DNA of 64,000 bases from Lobosporangium transversale (lineage: Eukaryota), in NCBI RefSeq assembly GCF_002105155.1, contig NW_019028982.1:1240001-1304000 (forward strand). Reading direction: 5' to 3'. The notes beneath the pieces are model-generated. The model was not told the origin of the DNA and did no database searches. It saw only the letters and a program-made list of their open reading frames with translations. Below, one piece after another: positions 1 to 13,062 of this stretch; within the stretch, counting starts at the first letter, position 1; the number at the start of each line of letters is the position of its first letter. The position numbers and the translations under genes are program-made.

Positions 1-1348
1 AGTGCTTCATCTAAGATAATCTGGTCCTCAAATCCCCATGATGCCTCTGTTTCATTTTGCTCTAACTGTGGGACCTGCCTATTTTTCGTTACTTGCTGGT
101 GTGGCCAAAAGGGTCTTGTTGATTGTGAGTTTTGAGCAGATGAATGTTTAGCCTTATCATCAAAGCCCCAGGATGTATCCATTTCGGCATGCTGATGGAT
201 CACATTCATATCCATTGTGTCACCAAAGCCCAATGATGCGTTGTCCCTTTGTTGGTGGCCCAATGATGCAAATGTCTCAAAGCCCATGGAGTTTACTATT
301 TCATTTTAGTAAAGTTGATTATTTTTGGTGAGCATATCGAAACGCAAGTTAATAGAACTCATTTAGAATCATATCTCGATACATGGAACAAACCTGGTGC
401 TGCAGCATTGATATGTGGTTGAGACATACTCGGACTCTGAGTGAAAGAGGGAACGTTCTGATCCTTATGCCCTACTTCCTCGGCTTCAATATCGCCGTCA
501 TCTTCGCTACTGTCCTGCTGCATGTCTTGTTGGTCCTGCAACCAAACTTTGTGGACATGCTCGGGTGTCATCTGTCGTTGTGAAACCGAAGTATTTGGGT
601 CAAGGTAAGCTTTTACCACTTTCGAGTGTAAGATTGGGCTTTGCCGCATTCGCTCACGCAGTTTTGGTGCTACTCCACGCGATGGGGTTTGACTTTGTTC
701 ATGATGGGAAATTGAAGAGGTTGAGGATAAGGAGGATGAAGAATACTGGTAGGATTTCTGGTGCAGTTGCTGAGATTGAAATTGGGTCTGGGAATGAGTA
801 TATGACTGATGATGTTCAGAGGTTGAGGAACTATTATCGGAGTAAGATTGACTATGGCTATAGGAGCTGATATGATGTAGTTGGTCATGATGAATTTGGC
901 GTGGTTGTTGCTCCTGGGATTGGTGTTGAATCTCATGTTCAAAGTGGTGACGCGCATCTTTAGCACGATGCTGTTGTTCTTGGTTGTGGTCATGTTCCCC
1001 ATGTCTCAACTGGTATTCTTGCTGCTCTTGATGCTGAACGTCAGCAACGGGGTTGGAACGGGGCATTGGGACACGTTGGTCTGGCTGTTGCTGTTGCTGT
1101 TGCTGTTGTTGTTGTTGTTGTTGTTGCTGTTGCTGTTGCTGTAGTATGCTGTGGCCCTGAGTTGCGGTCAACTTGGGACTCTGGCGTGCCATGATAGGGC
1201 TTCGGATGATTATTGGTTCCCATGGCGTATCATCATCGCCTTCAGAAGCACTTGCAAACTCTTCATTAGAATCAGATGTCTCTCCGTTTTCATGGATTAT
1301 CTGAGGATAATGCTGAAGATGCGAATGTGAATGGCCACTTGATGCCAT
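1..1348 (-). CDS. 5' part of a Q/H-rich low-complexity protein with acidic WGF motifs; runs off the window edge
   Basis: ATG at 1348. Exon 1 ends at ~393 with donor GTTTGT, acceptor AG at ~296. Exon 2 is open to base 1 and encodes TSWGFDDK and ASWGFEDQ. Poly-Q tract at 1084-1142. Confidence 0.7.
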
Positions 1349-2212
1349 GATGCCAGATGGCTTTTTTGTCTTGTACTTTCTTTCTTTTTTTCTTTTTCTT
1401 TTTTTTTTACGTGTGAGGACGCGTTGTACGTAACGGAAGGAACAAAGGTTGGTAAAGAAAAGAAAAAAGAGACCTCTTTGGGAATGTCAACAGTGACAAG
1501 TTAGATTAAGGAGAGGTAGGGCTATGATGACAGTTGAAAGCCTATTAGGAATGAAGGCCATGATCATCAATCATTCCCTCACTCCTTACCGTTGCTCTTC
1601 ACGTGACATGTAATATAAGCCCAACCCAAATATCGAAGCTGCGACGATCCTTTCACTCTTACAATGGATAAGGTAAAAAAAAAAAAAAAAGCCTTTGCTT
1701 ATTTGCTTATTTGCTTATTGTTAAGCTTTCTCTTCTCTTGGACGGATAACATGGTATAAATATTTATACTGAATTGGTGTACAACTCTGTCTTTCGACAC
1801 CATGGAAAGAGCGAACAGTTGATTCTGTGGTCAAAGCGGAAAGGCGTTGCAATGATTGGACAATTCGCAGGTCTGCTGGCATTCACCCAGCTTGGAACGT
1901 GCATTTTGTTGGGTGGGAATAAACTTGATATTAACCATTCATCTCTTTTACTCTCTGGGAGAAAAAGAAAAAAATAAAAACTCAGCTAAACAAGCTTGTT
2001 TATGTTTGATGCAGCTCCACAAAGAAGTTTTTGCTGGGGATGAAAATATTAAAGCGGCTATCAAGGACTCTGATTAGTTGTTGGGGAAAAAAATAAATAA
2101 ATAGCCAAGGGTAATTCTTCACTTTCTCTCACTTTCTCTCTTCTTTACTGTCCTCTTTATCTCCATACTTTGTCTCCACAGCACTACTACTTTGTCTGTC
2201 TCTTCAGTATCC

Positions 2213-2449
2213 ATGATCATGTCAAAAAACGAGTCTATCCTTATTGACCTCGCCTCCAACGGTCGCTCGGATTCATTCCCGAATCTTCAGTCAAAATCAA
2301 GCTATCAGCTTCAGATGGCGCAGCTGCAATCACCTCGTTCGAAGGATACTGTTGAATCACAATCGGAATTGGCACAGGACCTCTTTGACTCCATGGAGCC
2401 TCATCTGGTGGCCCACAGAGGCAAGAATACACCTCGCTCCAAGCTGTAA
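2213..2449 (+). CDS. Small protein (~78 aa) ending in PTS1-like RSKL
   Basis: Intronless ORF with a CT-rich leader upstream and an AT-rich trailer; ends CGC TCC AAG CTG TAA. Confidence 0.5.
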   Translation: MIMSKNESILIDLASNGRSDSFPNLQSKSSYQLQMAQLQSPRSKDTVESQSELAQDLFDSMEPHLVAHRGKNTPRSKL

Positions 2450-3258
2450 AAGACAAAATATCAAAACAACAAAACAAATCAAATACCTCCTGTCCTAGGA
2501 CAGCTCCATTTCTAAATTATCTACCCTTTCTCTTTGCATATTAATCAAAGCACTCCATCTTGCTACTTTAATTTCAATTAAACCATAAAAAAAATAAAAA
2601 TAAGAAATAAAAAAGAAAAGAAAAGAAAAGAAAAGGAAAGGAAAGGAACTGCTTTTGAGGATTGGAATGGCAATGCAAGTTGCTGAATTACCAGAAAATA
2701 CCATTGTTATGGGCTTTGATTTCTATTGCCTTTGTAGAACGAAATTGCCTGACTTCACTTGAGAATGACAAGTTGATTTTCTAGAAAGAATCCTCCATGT
2801 TAATATTACACTAATAGCCACATCCTCGGAAGCATTGCTGAGGCAGCTGAAGGAGGTATCTTCAATCCTCCTTCGTTTGCTTTTTCATGGTTGATTCTCA
2901 GCAAAAGATGTCGATCAAGTAAATAGAGAAATGTGTCGTTCACCAGCCAGGCTCATATGTATAGGCTTCCCTTGCCTGCCTGCAGACGTGCCTCTTCTTT
3001 GTTCTTTTGCACATAGACGGGTTGCTTCCAGCTAAACAAAGTAAAAAATTGTTTTGTGGAGTTATTCCTAAAGCTCTTTGTTCCTTTTTTTTTTTTTTTT
3101 TTTTTTTTCAAAGCGTGGCTGAGTCGTTTCTGGTGATCAATATCCTTTTTTTTTTTTTTTTTTTTTTTTTTCTTCTACTCCAATGTCTCTACTAGAAGTT
3201 TCATTTCTTCCTTCATTGGCTCTGTCATCTAAATTTTGTCCCATGAACATTGGTTGGA

Positions 3259-3597
3259 ATGTCGACTTTTGACGGTCTCATTCGAGAATTCCCTACAGTT
3301 GCCATCGATAATTTCCGATTCCGTCCTGGTGTCAATGTTTATTTACTCTCTCATGTCCATAGTGACCATCTCACTGGACTGACAGCAAAAAATTGGAATG
3401 CACCCATCTTTTGTTCTCCCATTACAGCGAAATGGCTTCCTATGCTTGCCAGCCGCTCAAAACAGGATGCATTCGAGAAGGGGAAAGATCGTATCTTGCA
3501 GCGCAGATATTCACATCTAAAGCCTTTTCTAGTAAGTAACGTAAAGTACATGAACGTGTACCCGTTCCATGGTTCAATTGAAGCAAGAAAAATAAGG

Positions 3598-3629
<32 letters not shown>

Positions 3630-6561
3630 ATACTAACTCTATGATAACCATCTGCGCTTCATATAGCGGCCACTGGCAACAGATATCTCACATTATCTAG
3701 ACCTTGGCAATGGTAGACAAGCACGTTTAAGCCTCATTCCTGCTCATCATTGTCCAGGAGCCGTCATGTTTCTTTTACAGGATGATCGCTCCTGTATTCT
3801 CTACACAGGCGACGCAAGAAACGAGGCTACGGATCTGCAAGGATTGAGTACGATGTCCATCTTTTCCTCTTCATCCCAACCTATCGATCGGTTGTATTTG
3901 GATACTACATGCTGTCATCCAGCCTTTGAAAAACTTCCGAGCAGAGTGCGTGTTGCTGTGATGTTTTGATCTAGGAGGATTTTTCTTTCCCTCCTAATCT
4001 GAAGATTTAAAGAGTAAAGTATCCACTCCTTACTGACGACTGGATAATAATATATCTTTTCCCTAATAGGAGCTTGCAATATCGGATCTTATTACGTTTA
4101 TTCATCGCCGGCCTCGAATGGCACATTATTACATTGATGCCTGGACATTTGGCTATGAAGACATCTGGATTGGACTTGCAAAGGCATTTCACACAAAGAT
4201 CCATGTTTCACCGTACTTGTATGAACTGTACGAAGCCATTGATGAGATGATCTCCCCAAAGATCTTGCCTCATCTAACGACGGATGGAACGAGTGCTCGC
4301 TTTCATTCCTGTCGACTGGGCAAGACCTGTGGATACGGGGGTGCAGGTGGAGAGCATTCATCTGCCAGAGAACTGATTAGGATTCAACCAAACATCTCAT
4401 GGTTCTCGCCTTTGCTACGAAAGGAAAACAATCAACATCACCCTGGAGAAAATATACTGGCACAAGGAACAGTGGTTGGGCGGGCAATTTCCTACAAGAT
4501 CAAAGAGAAGCTGCCACCCACCCTTGGTAAAAAAGATGACTTGTGCTATGTAAGTTAGAAGACAAGCAAACCCTCTCCAGCATGGTAAACTCTTCTCATA
4601 TCAACTAATTTTTTTTTTTTATTTATTATTTTTTTTTTTTTATCAATTCCACAAAAACAAAGTATTTCAACTATGGTTTTCATGCATCCCTATCCGAACT
4701 CCAACAACTCGTTAAACTTGTCTCACCCCGTTCCGTTTTTCCTTGTGTCCTGCATCGCAACGCTGTTTTCCACACGTACTACCGATCCAATCGGGAAGTC
4801 CTTTCTCTACTTACTCAAAGTATGCCCCACAACGAGCGCTCGTTTCTTTTGAACACAGAACCGTACGAGGAACAATTTCGATCTCGCCTCGTAGCGGATC
4901 CTTGTCTCAAGGATGGTATTTCGACCGACTTTCAGAGCTTTTACCTTGCAAAAGGATATCATGTCCTGGACATGAATAATAAAGTTCTAGGAATAACCTC
5001 AACTGAGCTTAAGGCTGGGATTGATCCAAATGTTAGCACCTCTGTAGTGACCACAGCCTTAACATCCAAAACTACTACAGGAGGACAAGATTCAAGTTCT
5101 GTCCTGTCACCGCGGTCAAGCCATTTGCGGAAGAAGATGGAGAGACTGAAGAGGCAATTGCGAAACACAGCAAGTCTTGAAGACGAATATGGATTGATCC
5201 CAAATAATGAAGAGCAATCCTCTTTGGAAGACGGGCCTCTCTCATTGGACTTGGGGACTATTGAGCGAAAAAGAAAGTGGTGGCTTGACGCGAACCGAGG
5301 CCTGAGCACGACTCTTGAAGAACAAACCAGTGGAGAAGGGACGGAGCTATATGATACCAGCTCATCACAGATATTGAAACACCAGCCGAAACAACAGCAG
5401 CAAGGCGACAGTATTAATAAAATCCAAGGACTAATTGGTGCTCAAGAGAGGCAGGAAGAATTAAAGGATACCCGGCCGTGGCATGATCAAAGCACTCAAG
5501 AGATAGCGCTGCTGGATTTGGATTTGCCAAAAGATGGTAATAATCATGGAGGACTAAAACATAACAATACCCAGGAAGGATACGAGACCGATCAAGGGTC
5601 AATTGAGTCTACTGATAGGAGTGGATATCTCAGTTCCAGTCCGGATCCCATCACAAGTTTTGAATATTATACGACAAGTCTAGATACTTTTTCTGGATCT
5701 TCAGCTGCAGCATCATTACTCAGTCCTCCTTCAACTGATAACTCATTTGCAGTCCTAGATTCTCATGATACAGCTGTTTTAAATAAAGATGGCGGCAACG
5801 AAAATGGAATTGACAAGGATGAACATCATTATAGCGATGTACACGCAAAGGGGTGTGTTTCAAAGCCGAAAGCAAGTGCAAACATAGCTATCGCACAGAC
5901 CACTTCTCATTCCAGTGACAGCTCTCTGGTCTTATCTCAAGAGTCTCCATCACCAAAGCAGCAAAACTGTTTGGTCCATTCAGTGCCATCAATACCTAGA
6001 ACCCCGCCCGGGCTTACCACAAGTGACCCAATAGTGGCTTTGGGATCAAGTCCTTCAGATAAACAGCCACTTCCTGCTCATTTTAACCTGTCACCATTGC
6101 CTCCGGCATCAGCACCAGTCCGTGCGCTGCCCATTACCTCAGGCTTCTCCACTGTTCTTTCCTCCGCCTCTTCTTGCAGCCGACCATTGGAACCGATTTG
6201 GAATGCCTTCGCTCAATTGGCTTGGTCTCCGCCATTAAAAAAGGCTTCTCGTTATCCTAAAGCCAATCAAACAAGATCGAGGACAGATCCTCAACATAAG
6301 TCTCGCTCTTCATTAGCATTAGAGCCACACTTCCTTCTGAATCAGGCACCCAAATACGCGGGAACGGTTGTCATTGATGACGGCCAAGAATTGATTTTAA
6401 TAGAAAGTAGTAGCGAAGACGAAGGCAACAATAAGAACTACACCAGCAACAGTAACAGTAACAGTAACAGTAACAGTAACAGTAACAGTAACAGTAACAA
6501 AGACCGGTCTGTTGAGCTATTGGAGCAAAGAGAAAAAAACTTGAAGAAACGAAAACTGTAA
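3259..6561 (+). CDS. DCLRE1C: Artemis/SNM1-family metallo-beta-lactamase/beta-CASP DNA repair nuclease with long disordered C-tail (multi-exon)
   Basis: MSTFDGLIREFPTVAIDNF resembles the Artemis N-terminus. Motifs LSHVHSDHL, AHHCPGAVMFL, LYTGDAR, LYLDTT, FGYED and FHASLSEL. Introns near 3532, 3946 and 4550. Confidence 0.8.
6448..6498 (+). repeat. (AACAGT)n hexanucleotide repeat encoding (NS)n
   Basis: Tandem AACAGT units seen directly. Confidence 0.9.
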
Positions 6562-7027
6562 AATTAAAACAAAGGTATCTTCTAGAAGCTATTGTAAATG
6601 AAACTTGGAAAGAAGAGAAGGATCATGGAAACCAGGATCTGGAGTGGCTCGAGGCCCAGTGCTTGGGACAGTAATAAGTAATTACACCAAAAAAAAAAAA
6701 AAAAAAAAAAAATCAACAACAACAACCAAATGTAAATTAGATACCACTGTAGACATTTATACCATTCGAAGTATATTGATGGCCTTCAGAACCATTAAAA
6801 CTAGATATAAGGCATGTTTATTAAGATTGATTTACATCTAGCATTTCAATGTTGTTCTATTTTATTTTATTTTATTATATTATATTATATTATATTCTAC
6901 TCTATTCTATTCTATATTAACTAGGGCATTGCCATGGAAAAGGTTTGGGTAAGTGAAAAGAGACATATAACATGCCTATATACAAAAGAAAAAGAAAAAA
7001 AAAAAAAAAAAAAAGTATTGAACTGTT

Positions 7028-9446
7028 TCAAAGGGCGAGAATGCGCTTGAACTCATCTACATATTTCTTTTTCGCCACAGCATGGTCCACGATTGGCTTG
7101 GGATATCTATCATACAAACATGTAAATGAAGGTTATCATTAATTTGTTAGCCCCGAATTAAGGCTTTAAAACTTTTGTGAGGAATCTACACGCCGCAAGA
7201 AGGACTCACCCAAGCTTAGCAAAATCCTTGGGATGCAAGATATGACTTGGGTCATGAATCTGCTTATCGTTCAGTCCCCTCAATTCAGGAACCCATTTAC
7301 GGATATAAGAGCCCTTTGGATCAAACCGCTGGGACTGAAGAAGTGGATTAAAGACACGAAAGTAAGGCTGCGCATCTGTTCCAGTGGAAGCACTCTATTT
7401 TTTAAATTACAGATGATTTAATTTGACATATTCGATTGCTGTAAAGGCAATGCGGCATAAAGGAAGGAAGGAAGGAAGGAAGGAAGGAAGGAGACCAAAG
7501 TCATTTGTAGAAACCTTACCCATTGCCAACCACCATTGTTGTTTGCTAGATCACCGTCGATGAGACTGTTCATAAAGTACCTTTCTCCTAGGCGCCAATC
7601 GATGAGCAAATCCTTTACGAGGAAACAGGCCGTGATCATGCGAAGACGATTATGCATATATCCTGTAGCATTAAGCTGCCGCATGCCTTTTTTTTTTTTT
7701 TTTTTTTTTTTTGTTATTATTATTAGCATTAACCGAGAATAATCATGGTGATTGTGTGATATTAGACAGTTGATATTATACGTGACAAAACCATACTTCA
7801 CTTTTTGTAATTTTTCCCTTGAGTGAGAACTTTTACCTGCATCGACAATGGGAAATCCGGTTTTATCCTCGCACCATCTCTGGAAATGCTCCATATTATC
7901 ACTCCATTGCACTTTTTCAGTTTTAGGCTGAAATGCACGGCCCATGCACACGCGAGGGAAAGAGATTAGGATATTTTTATAAAATTCCTATCGGAAGGAT
8001 GAACGTTGCAATAAAAAAAAATAATAATAAAAAAAAGTTGGACGTAATGTCTGACATGGTTTGGCTCTAGTAAGAAGATGTTAAGAAATAATAGCTTACC
8101 TTCCATCCCAATTCTCTAATCCATGCCTTGATACCCTCATCTCCCGAGACGATCTTGTTGTTATTGGCAGCTCTAGCAATCGCCACACACTGCCTCGTTG
8201 TAACTACTCCAGATGTAAGGTATGGGCTCATTAAACTTGTTCCATCTTGCACCGGTACATCTCGTGCCTCTCTATACTTCTTGACTTTGGATTGGAGGAA
8301 AGACTTTAGTCGCTCATGAGCTGCATCTTCGCCAGCTGGGTACAGCTCATTAACCATTTTTATGTCGAGCGAATGTGGATAAGAGCCAGAAGGGACTGTT
8401 TTGAAGATATCTGCAAAGATATCCTTTGCCTCGGGTGGGTTGGCTTCAGGCGGTCCAGTCAATTCCAAGTAATGCTGCTCAGTCTCAACAAGCTTGCACC
8501 AGTTATTGTAGTAAGGGGTGAACACAGAATAGGGGTTTCCTGTCTATCGTTGTTGTTGGGAATGAAGGGACAGGATTTAGTTTATGGCATTATTACAATG
8601 GCGTTCCTTTTTTTTTTTTTTTTTTTTTTTAGAATGACACCTCCTTTTACAGTATTCTACATATCCCAAACCTACTTTTGTCTTGATATCGGCTGGGTCT
8701 ACAATGCATTCACAATTACATTCCTCAACAGCAACGCCAGGAAGCTTCATCAATGACTTTTTGACGGCGGCATCTCTTCTCTGCTCATCAATCATCAGAT
8801 CGGCGTTCCAAAAGACATGACTGATATCCATCTCTTTGACGACCTGTTCCACTAAAGTCGGGATGTCGGCTATGTCCTTTGCAGTCTTGGTGACCAAAGG
8901 GATAGCTAGCCGATCTAGGTCCTTCTTTAGGCTAGTCAAATTACGCATCCAAAAGTCGATTTTGATGGGAGCCTCGTCATGCTCCTTCCATTCATCCTCG
9001 GAGATAATATAGAGGGCGATCAGGTGTCTGGCCCCTACTTTGGAACGCATAGAGGCTTCATAAAGGGCCTTATTATCCTGAAGTCGGAGATCAGTACGAA
9101 ACCACATGAGTGTATTCCTAGTTTTAATTGAAGGGTCATGCTGATCTTGCTCTTCTTCCTTGATAAAAACATTAATATCGTTGTTCGCATTGGGATTGTC
9201 GCCTTTATGTCTACTATGACCGTTGTTTTTCTTGCTATCATTCTTCCTAGTGCCGTAGGAAAGTGGGGTACTATGGGCGATCCTGGCGGCACGTTCAACA
9301 ATGGATTCAGAGGGATATATGGGTGCCTCCTGAGGCCAACCATTGCGCTTCCTGGAGCCTTCATGTAGGGGCTCTAGTTCATCTTCTGCAGCTCTCTTTT
9401 GTAATATGGGTATGTTGTGGAGCAAAGAATGATCAAGACGAGCCAT
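7028..9446 (-). CDS. PHR1: Class I CPD DNA photolyase (multi-exon)
   Basis: [100 protein letters not shown]. Stop TGA at 7028. Confidence 0.92.
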
Positions 9447-10119
9447 GAAGAGTAAAGGGGACGAACGAACTATGTGATGTAGAGAAAGAGATTTATAAAT
9501 GAGCGGAGGCAAAGCGACTAATCGAGTTGAAGAAGAGGGCATTTGAATTAAAAGCAATATGACTCTCAATCCAGTGGAAGTGCCCAAGGCTTTTTTGGAC
9601 AGTGTAAAAGTTTAGGAAGAAGGAGAGGGATCGATCAATGGGGGCAAATTCAGCTATACTTCTTTACTTGATTATTTTTATATGACCAAGGAGAACACTA
9701 GCCTACGCAAGAAACAGACAAAAGAGCTCTTGTGCGCATCAGCGACAGTGTAGCAGCCAATCAAAATAATGGGGGCGGTTAGGGTTTCATGTTGCTGTTG
9801 GTGGCGTATACATTTGTGGCAGATATGAATGTAGGCGTGATAGAAAAAAAAAAGAGCAATCTGACGTACTTGGACAATGCGCACAGGACATGTAGAGTTC
9901 GTTTTTGTGGTTAGGTAAGTTGATTAGTCTCACTGTTAAAGAAAATGTTCACCTTGTTCCGTATCCTGAGTTGTGAGTAAAATGATCGATAATAAAGGCA
10001 ACAATGACAGAAACAAACACTAATATCTCATATTTCATATCTCAAGCTTTCATTTGTTTAAAAAATATTCATTCAATTAAACAAGATTGTAAGCATACAA
10101 TTTTTTTTTTTTTTTACAT

Positions 10120-10330
10120 GTCGAAGCTGTGTATTGCCTTCTTCCACCTTAATAACAGCTTACATCCGTTCCAGTGCACTCCTTATCAGATTGTGACAGA
10201 CCCCCATTGGCGTCTCCTCCTCTCAGATCCGGCACACTCCTTCCCAAGGTTTCGGCATGCCTCTCAGAATGGTTCCTTGTCCATGGATTTCCTTTTTAAA
10301 TATCGACCTCTTTTCAAGGAAGAGTCGCCC
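10120..10330 (-). pseudogene. Relic of a Tc1-like transposase C-terminus
   Basis: Manual translation PWEGVCRI*EEETPMGVCHNLIRSALERM*AVIKVEEGNTQ resembles the Tc1 C-terminal pattern LW..V...W..IP...C..LI.SMP.R..AVI.AKGG.T. Confidence 0.5.
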
Positions 10331-10854
10331 TGGGACCAGCCTTTCCGTTTCTTATAGTTTTTTTTTTTTAAAAAATAACACAGAGTAACGCAACAAGGTA
10401 TTTCCTGTGCTAAATCCATTTAGTTAAGCTAATCGAAATTTTCTATGCCCACTACTCGTCATTCTTGTTGCATAGAAGCATAGGAAGCATAGAATGTCCT
10501 CCGAATCCATATGAACCTTGTTGATCCGGCTCATTACGAAGAAGCGGAGATGATTAAAGATAAGAAAGACCTGTCTAGGATTCGCAAATAACTTTGATTA
10601 GCTAACGTCGATGCTGCTTATCATCGTGAAACAAGTTTTTGACTCAATCACCAAAGGATTAATTTCCAGATCAACTTCGGTGTTCTACACATCCTGAGCA
10701 GTAACGGATACAATAAAAGGGGCCCTCCCTTCCCCTGATCCTCTAAGGCACACACTCTCAACATACTTAATCAGCCACTCTTTTTTTTAATCATCATCGA
10801 AACAAAGCAACATATCCTCCGATCCCTTAACTTATCCTCATTATAAAAAAAGAA

Positions 10855-12682
10855 ATGTCACCTCCACAAAACAAGTATGGGCCTGCGAAAGCCATTGAAT
10901 TTTATAATAAAAACACGGTCATCTTCTTGACAGGTGCTACGGGCTTCATTGGCAAGGCCATCTTGGAGAAGCTACTGCGTTCTTTCCCCCAGATCACAAA
11001 GTAAGTGCCCTTTTCTTTTGCTTTTTTTTTTTTTTTTCAAGTATCAGGTTCGACTGTAAGACAAGCGTTAATGTTTTGTTTTTTTATGAAAACATCAGGA
11101 TCTACTTGCTGATCAGGGTCTCGGGGAAGAAGACATTGAAAGATCGTATTGAGAATATATTTAGCAGCAGGATTTTTGATACTGTCAAGTCCCAATTCTC
11201 AAGTGCTCAAGAGTTTCAAGAAAAGATTGTCCGCAAGGTTGTGCCTGTGAAGGGAGATATTTCTGCCAATCATCTGGGTCTCTCAGACGAGGATATGGCT
11301 ATGGCCCAGGAAGATACCACAGTTTTCATCAACAGCGCTGCCTCTATCAAATTCAATGACCCGTTGAAGACTGCCCTTGAGGTAAAATATACGAAATACA
11401 AGAGTAACAATACCTGTCAAACAACACGCAGTAGATAACTTATTTTGTTTTTCTTTTTCTTTCTTTTTCTTTCAGATAAATACAAATGGCCCTCTCCGCA
11501 TATTCGAAATTGCCAAGGGCTGCAAAAATTTAGCTGCCATCGTTCATATCTCGACTTGCTTTGTCAACGCACCCATGTTTGAGCAACATATTGACGAAAT
11601 CATCTATCCGCACCCACTTGGTGATGATCCTGAAGCCATCTATGATATGCTGTCCACCAAGATGTCCTCCAAAGAGATAAAAGATTATGAGGAATCTGTG
11701 GTCCTCAAGGCTTACCCCAATACATACACATTCGCCAAGTCCTTGGCAGAACATTTGATAAAGAGCCGATATAGGGATATGGCTCTCCCTATTGTCATTG
11801 TCCGCCCTGCCATTGTCACTGCTGCCTACAAGGAACCAGTTCCTGGATGGGTAGAAGGGTCTGCTGCAACCAACAAAGCGATTGTGGCTGGTTCGATCGG
11901 TCTAATTCAAGAATGGATCGGTAACGAGGTAATTAAGCAGAAGTCAGTAAAAAAAAAAAAAAGAAAGAAAGAAAGAAAGAAAGAGCGCTATATTTATCAA
12001 AGTCAAGGCAAATATTGATGAGTGTTTCTATGTTTTCACAATAACCTTCTAGTCCGCTAAAGCAGACCTAGTTCCTGTCGATTTTGTGGTCAAAACGACC
12101 CTTCTCTCCGCCACGACTGCTGATCGCACACTCACAGAGCCTCGCATATATCATGTCGGTACCAGCTGCATTAATCCCATCACCTGGAGTCGCTTTGGTA
12201 TGTATATGGTCGCATACTGGCGAGCGGTTGCACCACCAAGCCAGCGAGTCTCAGATGACATTCGATTCGAACTTTACCCTCCTGCAGAATTCAAATATCG
12301 ATATAATACTCGCTTTGGAGGGGAGATCCGAACTTTAGCTCGGCACAAACATGACGAGGAGCGTAAAGTTTATATCTCCAGGGCAATGGTTGTGCCTACA
12401 GTTCTCATAGCTTTTTTGCAGTCTGAATGGTTCTTTGATGTAACCAATACATTAGTCCTTGATGATGCTGCACCTGCAGAGCTCAAGAGCGAACTCAAAA
12501 GCGGTATAGATTGGGACAGATACATGGAAGACTACAATGCAGGCGTGCAAGGGTTTATTTTGTGTGAGAAGGTCGACAGGCCCATTGTAACCGATTACAC
12601 TGCTGAATTGCGCCCAGTATCAGATACAAAGAGAGAAGGAAGTGCTGAAGTAACATTTATGGATATCATGGCCAAACTTTAG
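10855..12682 (+). CDS. Fatty acyl-CoA reductase (NAD_binding_4/male-sterility family), copy 1, 4 exons
   Basis: FLTGATGFIGKAILEKLLR, NSAASIKF, YTFAK (YxxxK), IVRPAIV, EPVPGWVE, DLVPVDFVV. Ends AKL. Confidence 0.88.
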
Positions 12683-12691
12683 GTCTTTATA

Positions 12692-13028
12692 CAATACCAA
12701 GCAAAACTATGCCAATGGTCGTCCCCTTTTCGTTTCCTAGAAATCGCTTATGTAGACATTGTTCATACTTGGCGTCAATAAAGGTCCCATCACCTTCTAT
12801 ATCATTATTATTTATTAAGTATGAAACTTTCAGATCGAATTTTAATTGAAATAACCATGGAAAATACTAGCCGGGAGTTGAAGGATAGGTGAGAATCGAT
12901 TGTGGATCGCAGCACCACATTATCAGGGTATTTATTAATTCATTCTCTATGCGTGGAATTGAGATATCCTATCTATTTGATCAAATATGCAAATTTTTAT
13001 TCAAGCAGGTCTTTGGGAGTGCTATTCC

Positions 13029-13062
<34 letters not shown>

